In this document: positions 1 to 9,149 of the stretch, one piece after another
Layout: each line of letters begins with the position of its first letter
Position numbering within the stretch: position 1 is the first letter of the stretch
NCBI GenBank assembly: GCA_963663405.2
Contig: CAXXSM010000084.1
Location: 1 to 25,448 of the forward strand
Direction: 5' to 3'
Length of the DNA: 25,448 nucleotides
DNA from: a bacterium
GTDB taxonomy: Bacteria > Hinthialibacterota > Hinthialibacteria > Hinthialibacterales > Hinthialibacteraceae
The notes under the pieces: generated by a model
Told to the model about the DNA's origin: nothing
The model's database searches: none
Seen by the model: the letters and a program-made list of their open reading frames with translations, nothing else
Program-made: the position numbers and the translations under genes

Positions 1-269
1 GAGATCTGTTCATGCGCGAGAGAATGCAGGAGTTCTTCCTCAACGGGCACGGGCAGTTGTTCAAATGTATCCGCCGCCAATTCACGGGGCAACAATCGGA
101 ACACCAGCGCCTGTTCGTCTGGTGAAAGGATCAGGATGGCTTCCGCAATATCCACCGGATCGAGATCGCTGAGGGATTCGCGAAGTTCTTTATATTTCTT
201 CTCCGCAAGAAGCGATTTGAGTTCCGGCTCAAGCAGATTACCCAACATCGAATCAGGATGATATGTCAT
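1..269 (-). CDS. mgtE: Magnesium transporter MgtE, N-terminal part (runs off the window start)
   Basis: Hand translation from ATG 269 (alternative ATG 248): MTYHPDSMLGNLLEPELKSLLAEKKYKELRESLSDLDPVDIAEAILILSPDEQALVFRLLPRELAADTFEQL. The P.DIAE and FRLLP...AA..FE.L patterns are typical of the MgtE N domain. Not in the ORF track. Confidence 0.85.
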   Translation of the reverse strand, partial: MTYHPDSMLGNLLEPELKSLLAEKKYKELRESLSDLDPVDIAEAILILSPDEQALVFRLLPRELAADTFEQLPVPVEEELLHSLAHEQI

Positions 270-474
270 AAGACTCTCTTCACTACAAAAAAAAATGATC
301 CACCCAATACAATCCCGCTGGATTCTCCCATTCGAAGAACAAAAGACACCTTGAATAGCGTATAAGGGATGAAGGGGGGAATTAAGGGCTGTAGAAAAGA
401 GTAATACGAAGGTGGACTAACGATGATTGGGCAGTTGAAGTTGTTTATGGATCATTTAGAGGAGCGTTGGCTCT

Positions 475-1641
475 TTATAACGGTTTGACCTTCAGTTCTT
501 TAAAATCGATCCAGGAATTATATTTATGCATCTGCAATGAGATATGCCCTTTCCGGACAGTCGGCATTTTTTGGGTGTCCACACAGGTTTCCCCGTTTAC
601 ACGCACCACTAAATGGGAACCTTGCAGCCGGATCTGCATTAAAGACCATTCTTCATCTTTATAACGCGGCTGAATCGCCCGGACGATGTTGTACAAACTG
701 CCGGTGGGATAATTGGAATCAGGAATGTTTTCGATTTGAATCTCATTCCCGCGATCACCGCCCTCCAGCGTATTCCAACGCACAAAGACACCCCCATTGG
801 CGTGTTTCTTGGTCCGAAAATAAGTATGAAATTCGAAATCCTCCCATTCTCCTTTCGTGACTAGGTAATTCGTGCCGTTTTGGGCGTGAATCACTCCGTC
901 TTGCACGGTCCATGTCGCAGGGATTTTCGCGTTCTTCCCATTTTCATTTTCAAAATACCAGCCATCAAAATTCTTCCCGTTAAACAGTTCGATCCACTGC
1001 TCCCTTTCTTTACTGGGTAATTCCTTGATGCGAAGATTCCGGAACCAGACGTTGTACCCTAAAGCCTGCAGACCGATATACCCATCACGCAGGCGGTATT
1101 TCAGTTCATCGTACTCCTCTACATTCACATCCTGGACGAGTTGATCGTTCATCCAGACTTTTAACATCGGCCAATCCATCACGATACGGCCAGTGTTCCA
1201 TGTTTTATCCGGTCCAATGGGATTTACTTTTGGAGGAACCACGCCAAAGATCGCTCCACAGGTTTTCACGGCGATCTTCTCTCCCTTGATCTGGTCGATC
1301 TGAATTTCAAATCCAACGCGGGAATTTCGGCCATGAAGAGGGGCATGGAAGAAGACGCCGCTGTTGCACCAACCTTCCCGGTAGAATTCGAAACGAAGGT
1401 CAAAATTCTCATATTTCGAATCGCTGCGCAGCCATGTAGGATAATTCTCATCGCCGCTGGCGAAAATCGCGCCCTTCATTACTTTAAATGCGCCGGATTC
1501 GCCTTCTTCAATAGTCCACCCATCCAAGTTTGTTCCATTGAAGAGAGAGACAAATCCCTCTTCCACCTCGGACGCTTTCACATTCCCCACCAAGCATGTC
1601 AACAAACACACAGAAAAAAGCCCAAACCAGAAATACTTCAT
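475..1641 (-). CDS. Secreted tandem DUF1080 (3-keto-disaccharide hydrolase-like) protein
   Basis: Signal peptide MKYFWF..VKA. Two copies of the pattern LFNG..LDGW / NSG(V)F / EIQI / WN..I / G.I.LQ. GGAG lies upstream of ATG 1641; the ORF track start is 1656. Confidence 0.88.
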   Translation of the reverse strand: MKYFWFGLFSVCLLTCLVGNVKASEVEEGFVSLFNGTNLDGWTIEEGESGAFKVMKGAIFASGDENYPTWLRSDSKYENFDLRFEFYREGWCNSGVFFHAPLHGRNSRVGFEIQIDQIKGEKIAVKTCGAIFGVVPPKVNPIGPDKTWNTGRIVMDWPMLKVWMNDQLVQDVNVEEYDELKYRLRDGYIGLQALGYNVWFRNLRIKELPSKEREQWIELFNGKNFDGWYFENENGKNAKIPATWTVQDGVIHAQNGTNYLVTKGEWEDFEFHTYFRTKKHANGGVFVRWNTLEGGDRGNEIQIENIPDSNYPTGSLYNIVRAIQPRYKDEEWSLMQIRLQGSHLVVRVNGETCVDTQKMPTVRKGHISLQMHKYNSWIDFKELKVKPL

Positions 1642-1660
1642 ATTGAATCTCCTCATATAA

Positions 1661-1818
1661 TTTCGTATGAACCATCACGATCGAGATTATAATCTGCAAA
1701 TGAAAATGAGCCGCAGAAGCGGTAGGGCGCCTCACGTTTTATCGACCCACCGGGAATGATTCACGAAATTGGCGCCTCATTAAGACGCGACCCGCCCATG
1801 CTCATTTTCACATAAATC
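1661..1818. repeat. Copy A of dispersed stem-loop element, carrying a degenerate REP doublet
   Basis: Aligns by eye along its length with 14727-14884. Arms are ATGAAAATGAGC (1700-1711) and GCTCATTTTCAC (1800-1811). Confidence 0.9.
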
Positions 1819-1920
1819 AATATTAATAAATTCTTTATTCTCGTTTCAATGAAGAAGAGTATACTGTCATCCTACAGGTCATGCAATACAGTGAAAAATC
1901 ACATTTAGAGGAGACTGAAA

Positions 1921-2613
1921 ATGAAAAAGTATTATTCAATGATCGGAATGGGAATTCTATTTTGCGCTCTTTTGACTTATGTGATTATCCCGCCCATAGC
2001 GCAAGGGCAGCGTAGAGGGTTTGACCGAGGTCAAGGGGATAGTCAACTCGAAAAGCCACCTGTTGCGAAAAACGATAATGAAAAGAAAATTCTTTCCATC
2101 TTAGACGATATTTTAGAAAACGAAAGCTATCGTAATGTCCCGCCGAATGATGGACGCTTGTTGCGGTTATTAACGGAATCTATGAATGCGCAAACTGTCG
2201 TTGAAATTGGAACATCGACCGGCTATTCCGGAATCTGGTTCGGTTTGGCGCTGCAAAAAACCGGCGGGAAACTGATCACGTTTGAGATCGACAAGAATCG
2301 GGCCGCGACTGCGAGAAAAAATTTTAAAGAAGCCGGCATGGCGGATCGTATTACTCTTGTTGAAGGAGACGCTCACGAAAAAGTCAACGACTTAAAAGAT
2401 CCAATCGATATCCTCTTCCTGGATGCGGACAAACAAGGTTATATTGATTATTTGAATAAACTGTTACCTCTCATCCGACCGGGCGGTCTTGTTGTCGCTC
2501 ACAATATCACTCCCGGCATGGCGGACCCAAAATTCATGGACGCGATCAACACCAATCCCAATTTGGATACGATTGTCCGTTCGGGGGTGAGTCTATCGCT
2601 GAAGAAAAAATAA
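1921..2613 (+). CDS. Class I SAM-dependent O-methyltransferase with N-terminal signal peptide
   Basis: Motifs VVEIGTSTGYSGIW, GDA, LFLDADK..Y, L.PGG...AHN. Hydrophobic N-terminus ending AQG. GAGGAG RBS. Confidence 0.9.
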   Translation: MKKYYSMIGMGILFCALLTYVIIPPIAQGQRRGFDRGQGDSQLEKPPVAKNDNEKKILSILDDILENESYRNVPPNDGRLLRLLTESMNAQTVVEIGTSTGYSGIWFGLALQKTGGKLITFEIDKNRAATARKNFKEAGMADRITLVEGDAHEKVNDLKDPIDILFLDADKQGYIDYLNKLLPLIRPGGLVVAHNITPGMADPKFMDAINTNPNLDTIVRSGVSLSLKKK

Positions 2614-2628
2614 TCGCATTCTCTTTCC

Positions 2629-2664
2629 TCGCGTCCATACGCCCGGCGTATAGATTGGATGCGG
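2629..2664. terminator. Possible bidirectional terminator between convergent genes
   Basis: Outer stem TCGCGTCCA/TGGATGCGG (with G.U pairs) around an inner TACGC/GCGTA hairpin; T-rich tract follows on the + strand. Confidence 0.4.
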
Positions 2665-2730
2665 GATTGTTTTATCCGGACGTCATATATTTTCGATTGC
2701 AAAGCATCTTTAAAAATTAGTTAATTCCAT

Positions 2731-3882
2731 TCAGTCAATTGTCTGCGTCTTATAGAAAGCGTCAAACACTTTCTTCACTCCCGAATGCCGGAGATGGTCA
2801 GGAGTATAGAAATCTTTTGCCACACATCCAAACTCAGGCCCGAAAAGGGAGCCTATTATTTTTACGTTGTACTCCTTGGCCAAGGCTTTATACATCCCTT
2901 GAAACGCGATGACTTGATCCAAGATGGTATCATTCTCAATCGTCGAATAGGGAGGAACAAAGAAAAGCACGGTCACACCCTCTTCTTGCAACGCGTGAAT
3001 TAACTGAGCGAACAGTTGAACTCGATCGGCGCCGATATACTTTTTAACCGTTTGCATGTCGATGGATTTTTGATAATTCAATTTCTTGTTAGGCCCTATT
3101 ATAATCGGGTCGAGCGTCATCTCCTTCCATAAATAATAACTCTCAAGGTAATAAGAACCATCACGAAACCGCACAAACGAACCATGACGGAATCGATAGA
3201 CTCCATCCTGTGGATCATCCAGCGGGTAGACGACTGGTTCCAGCGAAGTCCGGACGGGTAGATAATGAAGAGCCTGTTGAAGATACGCGGGAGAGAACAG
3301 TTGTTGATACTTCCGCCATTCATCCCATACTGCGACAAACGTATTCGTGAATCGTCTATTCCCCGCTGCGTCCAGCTCAAATCCTATCCCCTTAAGGGCA
3401 TCGGCATATTCATGAGCCAACTCTTTCCAAAAAGGAAAATTTCCCCCCGGAACAAACATGTAGGAATCCAATCCAAAACAAAAATATTTTGGACGGAGGT
3501 TCTTTTTTTTAAATAGATGATTCGCAATCACAAAATCTTCTAAATCGGCGCCGGTCATTGAAATGTTAAAAAATGATTTTTCTGGAAAACAATCCTCGCG
3601 AACTTCAAAACATGTGCTCGATCCAAGAAAGATCACGTCCGGGAGGGATTCGAGGCCGTCAATATAATATTTGTTGATCCACCGCCATGCCAGATTGAAA
3701 TTGGCGGAGACGACATGCTTTCCTTCCAGCATGTAGTGGGCGAACAGTTTCTCGTTAGTGTATTGGTTTAAGAAAAGCGCTCCTGGATCGATGCAATAAT
3801 TCAACACCACCGCCGCTGCGATCAACGGTGTTAGACCAATAAGTTTGATAAGGAAACGAGTCACGTCACTCATACGATCCAA
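2731..3882 (-). CDS. Membrane-anchored SGNH/DltD-like partner of the MBOAT acyltransferase
   Basis: N-terminal TM helix followed by IDP, block-I-like IFLGSS, FFVPP, and C-terminal DFYTPDHL..SG. Lies 8 bp downstream of the MBOAT gene. Confidence 0.6.
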   Translation of the reverse strand: MDRMSDVTRFLIKLIGLTPLIAAAVVLNYCIDPGALFLNQYTNEKLFAHYMLEGKHVVSANFNLAWRWINKYYIDGLESLPDVIFLGSSTCFEVREDCFPEKSFFNISMTGADLEDFVIANHLFKKKNLRPKYFCFGLDSYMFVPGGNFPFWKELAHEYADALKGIGFELDAAGNRRFTNTFVAVWDEWRKYQQLFSPAYLQQALHYLPVRTSLEPVVYPLDDPQDGVYRFRHGSFVRFRDGSYYLESYYLWKEMTLDPIIIGPNKKLNYQKSIDMQTVKKYIGADRVQLFAQLIHALQEEGVTVLFFVPPYSTIENDTILDQVIAFQGMYKALAKEYNVKIIGSLFGPEFGCVAKDFYTPDHLRHSGVKKVFDAFYKTQTID

Positions 3883-3890
3883 CCACCACG

Positions 3891-5357
3891 TTAAAACTGG
3901 AAATAGAGGAACGGAGATTGCCCGAAATTGCCGAATAGGACAATCGAGATCAAAATGGCGTAATACGACGCCCAGCGCACAGCGAACGGCATTTGAACGA
4001 ACCGGCGGTGGATATCCACCCGGCTTTGCGCCGCATGAACGGAGAGAAGAAACACGATCGCTCCCGCGACAACGGCGAATTTATCCCACTGCGGAGTGAC
4101 AAGATTTATGATCCCCTCCCAATTTGCGCCCCATGTTCCTGGCGTCCATCCACTTAGTAAACGGGAAAAGATAATGTTCGCGTCCTCCAAATTGTCGGCC
4201 CGGAAAAAAATCCATCCGATATTCACCAGGACAAACGTAATAGCGATTTGTAACGCCTGCCGCGCCACCGGCCAGCGGTCCAAGTGGATCACAGCGGCCC
4301 ATCGATCGCGCCAAGGCTGAGTTAAGCGTCCCATTAAGAGATAGATTCCATGCAGGAATCCCCAAATCACAAATGTCCAATTGGCGCCATGCCACAATCC
4401 CGATACGGTAAAAACAATAAGGATATTCAGACACCAAAAAGGAATCGAAACGCGGTTTCCCCCCAAAGGGATATACACATAATCTTTAAACCAGGTAGAG
4501 AGTGAAATGTGCCATCGTTTCCAAAATTCACCAACAGAACAGGCAAAGTAGGGCCGGTTGAAATTCTTCATCAAATCGATACCCATGATCCGGGCGGAAC
4601 CGATCGCGATGTCTGAGTAGCCGGAGAAATCACAATAAATCTGAAACGCAAACAGAACTGTCGCTGCCAACACACTCAAACCGGAACTATCCGAAGGATT
4701 GTTGTAGATCCGGTCGACAAAGTACGCGGCGTTGTCGGCGATGACCAATTTTTGAAAGAATCCCCATGTCATCAACCGCAGCCCCGATGTCACCCGGTTG
4801 TAATCAAAGTGGATCTCCTGGCGGAACTGTGGCAGCAGGTTCGAGGGCCGTTCAATCGGTCCAGCGACCAGCTGGGGAAAAAAGGAAACATAGACAGCGA
4901 AATAGCCGAAATGCGTTTCCGGTTTCTGCTTCCCCCGGTAAACCTCAATCGAATAACTGAGGGTTTGAAACGTGTAAAACGATATCCCGACGGGAAGCAG
5001 AAAATTTGAATAGGGAATCTCGACGGGCAGTTGGATGAAAGAGAACAACGCCCGTAACGAATCATTGAAAAAGTTGAAATACTTGAAAAAACCGAGAAGA
5101 CTTAGATTGATCAGCAGGCTGAACAAGAGGTATTTCCGCCGTTTCGCTTGGACAGTGGTCCGCCCCATCTGGATCCCGGCCCAGTAATCCACCGCCGTGG
5201 ATAGAACGATCAAGATTAAATACGCAGGCTTCCAGGCCATATAGAAATAGTAGCTGGCCGCCAATAATAGTATCCACCGGTACCGATGAGCCATTGAAAA
5301 ATAGACGATCAGCACAACCGGAAAGAATATTGCGAAATGAAATGAATTAAACAGCAT
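3891..5357 (-). CDS. MBOAT O-acyltransferase (AlgI/PatA/DltB family)
   Basis: Motifs MLFNS..F, LPVGISFYTFQ.LSY, FFPQLVAGPIER, QIYCDFSGYSDIAIG, FW.RWHISLS.W, GLWHGA (catalytic His), and C-terminal FLYFQF. Confidence 0.95.
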   Translation of the reverse strand: MLFNSFHFAIFFPVVLIVYFSMAHRYRWILLLAASYYFYMAWKPAYLILIVLSTAVDYWAGIQMGRTTVQAKRRKYLLFSLLINLSLLGFFKYFNFFNDSLRALFSFIQLPVEIPYSNFLLPVGISFYTFQTLSYSIEVYRGKQKPETHFGYFAVYVSFFPQLVAGPIERPSNLLPQFRQEIHFDYNRVTSGLRLMTWGFFQKLVIADNAAYFVDRIYNNPSDSSGLSVLAATVLFAFQIYCDFSGYSDIAIGSARIMGIDLMKNFNRPYFACSVGEFWKRWHISLSTWFKDYVYIPLGGNRVSIPFWCLNILIVFTVSGLWHGANWTFVIWGFLHGIYLLMGRLTQPWRDRWAAVIHLDRWPVARQALQIAITFVLVNIGWIFFRADNLEDANIIFSRLLSGWTPGTWGANWEGIINLVTPQWDKFAVVAGAIVFLLSVHAAQSRVDIHRRFVQMPFAVRWASYYAILISIVLFGNFGQSPFLYFQF

Positions 5358-5514
5358 AATATATTGGAAACAATACGATCGTTGCGCGAGGACAAAAATC
5401 CTCTTGTTTATTAGACTCTTCTAAAAGATCGGCGCAGAACGGGTTCTACTGAAATGGTTCCTAAAAAAAGTCCTAAAAACAATGCATAAAAAGAAGCCAA
5501 TTCATCCCGTTTAC

Positions 5515-5853
5515 TCAGTCGCAGTGAAACACCTCTTCCATATCCGCCCACCATTCCCCCTCCGCCCGTGATTCGAGAGGTTTCTGGCAGGGTTTGCAGC
5601 AATCCCACCATTTCTGGGTGACCGGATCCGCCGCCATCTTCGTCATATCGGCGTCGAAATCGTCGCCCACATACTCGAAGTAGCTGAACAAAAAGGTCCC
5701 GGCGTCTTCGATCTTGCGCAAATAGATCGAGTAATTCTGGATATTACATTTTTTGATCATCTTCAGCACATCCGGCCAGACCGCCGCATGCAGCCGCTTG
5801 TATTCCTCAATTTTCTCTTCATTCAACCCAATCACCATGCCATACCGTTTCAT
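5515..5853 (-). CDS. rhaM: L-rhamnose mutarotase family protein
   Basis: Motifs EYKRLHAAVWP, I.NYSIYL, LFSYFEY, TQKWW, MEEVFH. RBS spacing favours ATG 5853 over 5859. Confidence 0.9.
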   Translation of the reverse strand: MKRYGMVIGLNEEKIEEYKRLHAAVWPDVLKMIKKCNIQNYSIYLRKIEDAGTFLFSYFEYVGDDFDADMTKMAADPVTQKWWDCCKPCQKPLESRAEGEWWADMEEVFHCD

Positions 5854-6017
5854 ATCCATCCCCTTTCTTTAGGCGTTACCGCCGGATGATTCATTCTAGA
5901 AAAAATTCACACCGATCGAAAGAGAGAGGAAAGATAATCCAACCAACGGATCCGTTCTAGATGGGCGTCATAGGCAAGAAAAGACTCGAACGCTGAAACC
6001 TTTACTTTCATCTGGGA

Positions 6018-6136
6018 AGCCAGGGCCAGGTCTTACGTAAAGAACCTGGCCCTGATCGCCCGCCTGGAAAGTGAAAATGAACTCTTGAAACTCAAAATCA
6101 CAGTCATCCATCTGTGAAATTACTCATTGACCGGAT
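6018..6136. repeat. ~115-bp direct repeat, copy 1, with internal hairpin
   Basis: Aligns with 6978-7089. Perfect inverted repeat CAGGGCCAGGT (6021-6031) / ACCTGGCCCTG (6044-6054). Contains the stop codon of the orphan ORF. Confidence 0.9.
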
Positions 6137-6915
6137 GAACCTTCTTTTTCATTGATTTCTTTAGGAAGATATTCGAGCAAATCGGGATTCAATTCATTAA
6201 AAATATCCGGGCGTATATTACTTTTTGTCAGATTGTTCTTTTTATACAATTCGATAATTTTCCAATTATCTTTGTTTTTCATATCACTATAATATAAGGC
6301 AAACATTTGGTTTTTAGAATTACCATTGCTTTTCGCATTCCAAAAATCCAACTTAACATGCCGCTTTTCATTCTCCCATAGTAAGGAGGGAACATACCAA
6401 TCTTCATCGTTATCTTTCTGCTTATTTTTTCGCAGCATATAAGTAAAATCTCTCCCATGAATTTCAATAATATCACGCAACAACTCACTTGAATGCACTC
6501 CATTTTCATAAAATTCTTTAGAACAAATCCCCATAATATAATTTTTAATTTTTCTCTCATTATCTAAAAAATATGACACAACAATATTGAAACTTTTGCA
6601 TTTAAAAGTTTCTGTATAAAGCCTTATCGGTCTTTCTTCACCATCCCATGAAGAATTGTAAGGCATAAAACGTTCATAATCCTCAAGATCATCAACTTTC
6701 AACGAAAAATCTAAACTTTCATAATACTTAACAACATCCTTAATAGATGAAAACCTTCCTTCTGTTGTATACAACTCATGAAAATCATCATAACTTTTTT
6801 GACCGGAATTCCCTTGTTCTTCCGCATTTAACAAATTTGGCGCGATAAAGATGCACACATTAATTAAGATAAACAATCTACATAATTTCTTTATTTTATT
6901 GTTTGTTGTTTTCAT
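6124..6915 (-). CDS. AT-rich secreted hypothetical protein
   Basis: Long ORF in visibly AT-rich DNA. Signal peptide MKTTNNKIKKLCRLFILINVCIFIAPNLLNA from ATG 6915 (ORF track start 6969). No recognised motif. Confidence 0.75.
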   Translation of the reverse strand: MKTTNNKIKKLCRLFILINVCIFIAPNLLNAEEQGNSGQKSYDDFHELYTTEGRFSSIKDVVKYYESLDFSLKVDDLEDYERFMPYNSSWDGEERPIRLYTETFKCKSFNIVVSYFLDNERKIKNYIMGICSKEFYENGVHSSELLRDIIEIHGRDFTYMLRKNKQKDNDEDWYVPSLLWENEKRHVKLDFWNAKSNGNSKNQMFALYYSDMKNKDNWKIIELYKKNNLTKSNIRPDIFNELNPDLLEYLPKEINEKEGSSGQ

Positions 6916-6977
6916 TTCTTCACACTGGCGCCAAGGGGAAGGCTTTTTTCTTTCCTCACGTAATTTCATGGATGTAG

Positions 6978-7089
6978 AGCCAGGGCAGATAAAAAAACCT
7001 TGCCCTGGCCACCCGTCTGTAAAGTGAAAACTAATTCTTGAAACTCAAATTCATGGTCATCCATCTATGTAAATACTCACTGACCGGAT
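6978..7089. repeat. ~115-bp direct repeat, copy 2
   Basis: Aligns with 6018-6136. Hairpin GCCAGGGCA (6979-6987) / TGCCCTGGC (7001-7009). Confidence 0.9.
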
Positions 7090-7130
7090 AATTTTAAATT
7101 TTTTATTCATTCATGTGAGAAAACGATCTA

Positions 7131-7526
7131 TTATTTGAATTTATTTATATAATGAGTAACGCCATAAATGGAGGGGATAATCAACCGCATTAGAAGAATA
7201 GAATGAAACAGAAGTTCTGTCAACAAAAAAATGGACAAAAATGAAATATAAATTAAAATCAAACAATATAAAATATATATAAAGAAAGCATAGAGCGTGT
7301 AAAACAACAATGCGGAATAGAGGTGTTTATTATCAAGAAACAAATTATATATACAATTCTAAGAGCAACAAATATTTACACAAATACTATAAGTTAAACT
7401 TTTTGGTTCGAGCCAATCACCATACGAAAGAGAAGAAAAGTTCTTTATTGGTAAAATGCTCCTACTTTCCTTGCGTACTTTATGGGACGCAGCGTTAGAA
7501 TAGATTAGTTTTTCATCTACCCTCAT
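7131..7526 (-). pseudogene. Possible decayed AT-rich membrane-protein gene
   Basis: The frame of ORF 7131-7343 extends to ATG 7526 with a single in-frame TAG at 7359-7361. The C-terminal half is hydrophobic. Confidence 0.3.
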
Positions 7527-7618
7527 TTCATTCCATGTCCTTTTCCTTCTTGCTTGCCTCTAATAAGCGCTTTTGGTACATTGATAGGGATCGAAATATT
7601 GGAGGAGCCATACAGCCT

Positions 7619-8887
7619 ATGAACGCGTTTCAGATGATCGCTTTATTACTGACCTTGACCGCGATTTTCAGTTATCTCAATCACCGCTATATCCGTCTGC
7701 CGGCTACGATCGGTGTGATGCTGATCGCGTTGGTGTTTTCGCTTGTACTGATTGGATTGGGGAAGCTGGGGCTGACCGCCGTCTATGAAACCGCGCAGCG
7801 ATTGATCGAGCAGATCGATTTCAGCCAGACGCTCATGCAGGGCATCCTCAGTTTTCTCTTGTTCGCGGGGGCGCTGCATGTCAATTTAGACGACCTGGCT
7901 CAGCGGAAATACGCCATCACTTTTCTAGCCACCTTCGGTGTTTTGCTCTCCACATTCCTTTTTGGGACAGCCATTTACTATGTTTTCACCGGATTGGGCA
8001 TTGGTTTGGAATACGTCTATTGCCTCTTATTCGGCGCGTTGATCTCACCGACAGATCCCATCGCCGTGCTGGGCATTTTAAAAAAAGCAAATGTGCCGAA
8101 AAGTCTGGAGACCAAAATTTGTGGCGAGTCGCTCTTCAATGACGGTGTCGGCGTGGTGGTCTTTACCGTGATCTATGAAATCGCCGCCGCCGGACATGCG
8201 CCCGAGTTCAGCCATATGGCTTTCCTCTTCCTCGAAGAGGCGGCGGGTGGCGCAGTGTTTGGACTGATCCTTGGCTGGGTGGCGTATCATATTCTGAAGA
8301 GCGTGGATAATTACCAAGTGGAAGTTCTAATCACACTCGCCGTAGTGACCGGTGGATACACTCTGGCCGCCTGCTTGCACACCTCCGGCCCGATCGCGAT
8401 TGTCATCGCAGGTTTGTTCGTCGGAAACCACGGACGCCGCTTCGCGATGTCCGAACGGACGCGGGAACATTTGGATACATTCTGGGAACTGATGGATGAA
8501 ATACTCAACGCGGTGCTTTTCGTGCTGATCGGTTTGGAAGTGCTGCTGCTTTCTCTTTCTGGATCGTTGTTCCTCGCGGGGATACTGGCTATCCCCGTCA
8601 TCTTATTATCCCGTTGGATCAGCGTGGGACTCCCAATCGCAATCCTCCAATACTGGCGGGAATTCACTCCCGGCGCGGTCGGAATCCTGACTTGGGGCGG
8701 TCTGCGTGGAGGCATCTCCGTCGCCCTCGCCCTTTCCATCCCTCCCAGTGAAGAACGAGACATACTCCTGACCGTCACTTACATCATCGTTCTCTTCTCC
8801 ATCGTCGTCCAAGGCTTAACGATCAAACCGGTTGTGACGAGAATGCTCCAATCGGCGGATGAAAATGAGAATATTGGAATCAATTAA
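7619..8887 (+). CDS. nhaP: CPA1-family Na+/H+ antiporter (NhaP-like)
   Basis: Motifs LLFAGALH, FGALISPTDPIAV, GESLFNDG, WGGLRGGISVALAL, VQGLT. GGAGGAG at 7601 supports ATG 7619. Confidence 0.93.
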   Translation: MNAFQMIALLLTLTAIFSYLNHRYIRLPATIGVMLIALVFSLVLIGLGKLGLTAVYETAQRLIEQIDFSQTLMQGILSFLLFAGALHVNLDDLAQRKYAITFLATFGVLLSTFLFGTAIYYVFTGLGIGLEYVYCLLFGALISPTDPIAVLGILKKANVPKSLETKICGESLFNDGVGVVVFTVIYEIAAAGHAPEFSHMAFLFLEEAAGGAVFGLILGWVAYHILKSVDNYQVEVLITLAVVTGGYTLAACLHTSGPIAIVIAGLFVGNHGRRFAMSERTREHLDTFWELMDEILNAVLFVLIGLEVLLLSLSGSLFLAGILAIPVILLSRWISVGLPIAILQYWREFTPGAVGILTWGGLRGGISVALALSIPPSEERDILLTVTYIIVLFSIVVQGLTIKPVVTRMLQSADENENIGIN

Positions 8888-8910
8888 ATGGATGAGAATA
8901 TTGGATAATC

Positions 8911-8919
8911 TGTTATAAT
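8911..8919 (+). promoter_or_regulatory. Extended -10 promoter (TGnTATAAT) for the TA pair; near-leaderless mRNA
   Basis: TGTTATAAT ends 8 nt before ATG 8928, with no SD in between. Confidence 0.55.
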
Positions 8920-8927
8920 GGATCATC

Positions 8928-9149
8928 ATGAATAAAATTAAAACAATAGACATTTCCAACATCCAATTCACTTCCACCGTGTTTCCCACAGCGGAGGATC
9001 AGGCCCTGTGGAACAGTCTAAGTAACGAACAACGCCTTGCCATCATTGAACGTGAAGAAGAAATTGCGTTTCAAAGCGGAGTGGCGCCACACGAATCTAA
9101 AGATGAGATTTTAGCTAGAGTACGGGCTGAAAAATCAAATGATTTATGA
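8928..9149 (+). CDS. Putative antitoxin of the ParE-type module
   Basis: 73-aa acidic protein overlapping the downstream ParE-like gene. The SG.....DEIL.R.R tail resembles ParD-type C-termini. Confidence 0.6.
   Translation: MNKIKTIDISNIQFTSTVFPTAEDQALWNSLSNEQRLAIIEREEEIAFQSGVAPHESKDEILARVRAEKSNDL

Noticed and set aside
6018-7089. Integron attC sites
   Set aside because: No RYYYAAC/GTTRRRY boxes at the repeat ends on the gene strand, and no intI in the window.
7535-7618. Longer NhaP N-terminus
   Set aside because: The strong SD at 7601-7607 points to ATG 7619.
8858-8869. Fifth copy of the stem-loop element (GATGAAAATGAG)
   Set aside because: Only one arm, inside nhaP coding sequence, with no leader or complementary arm.
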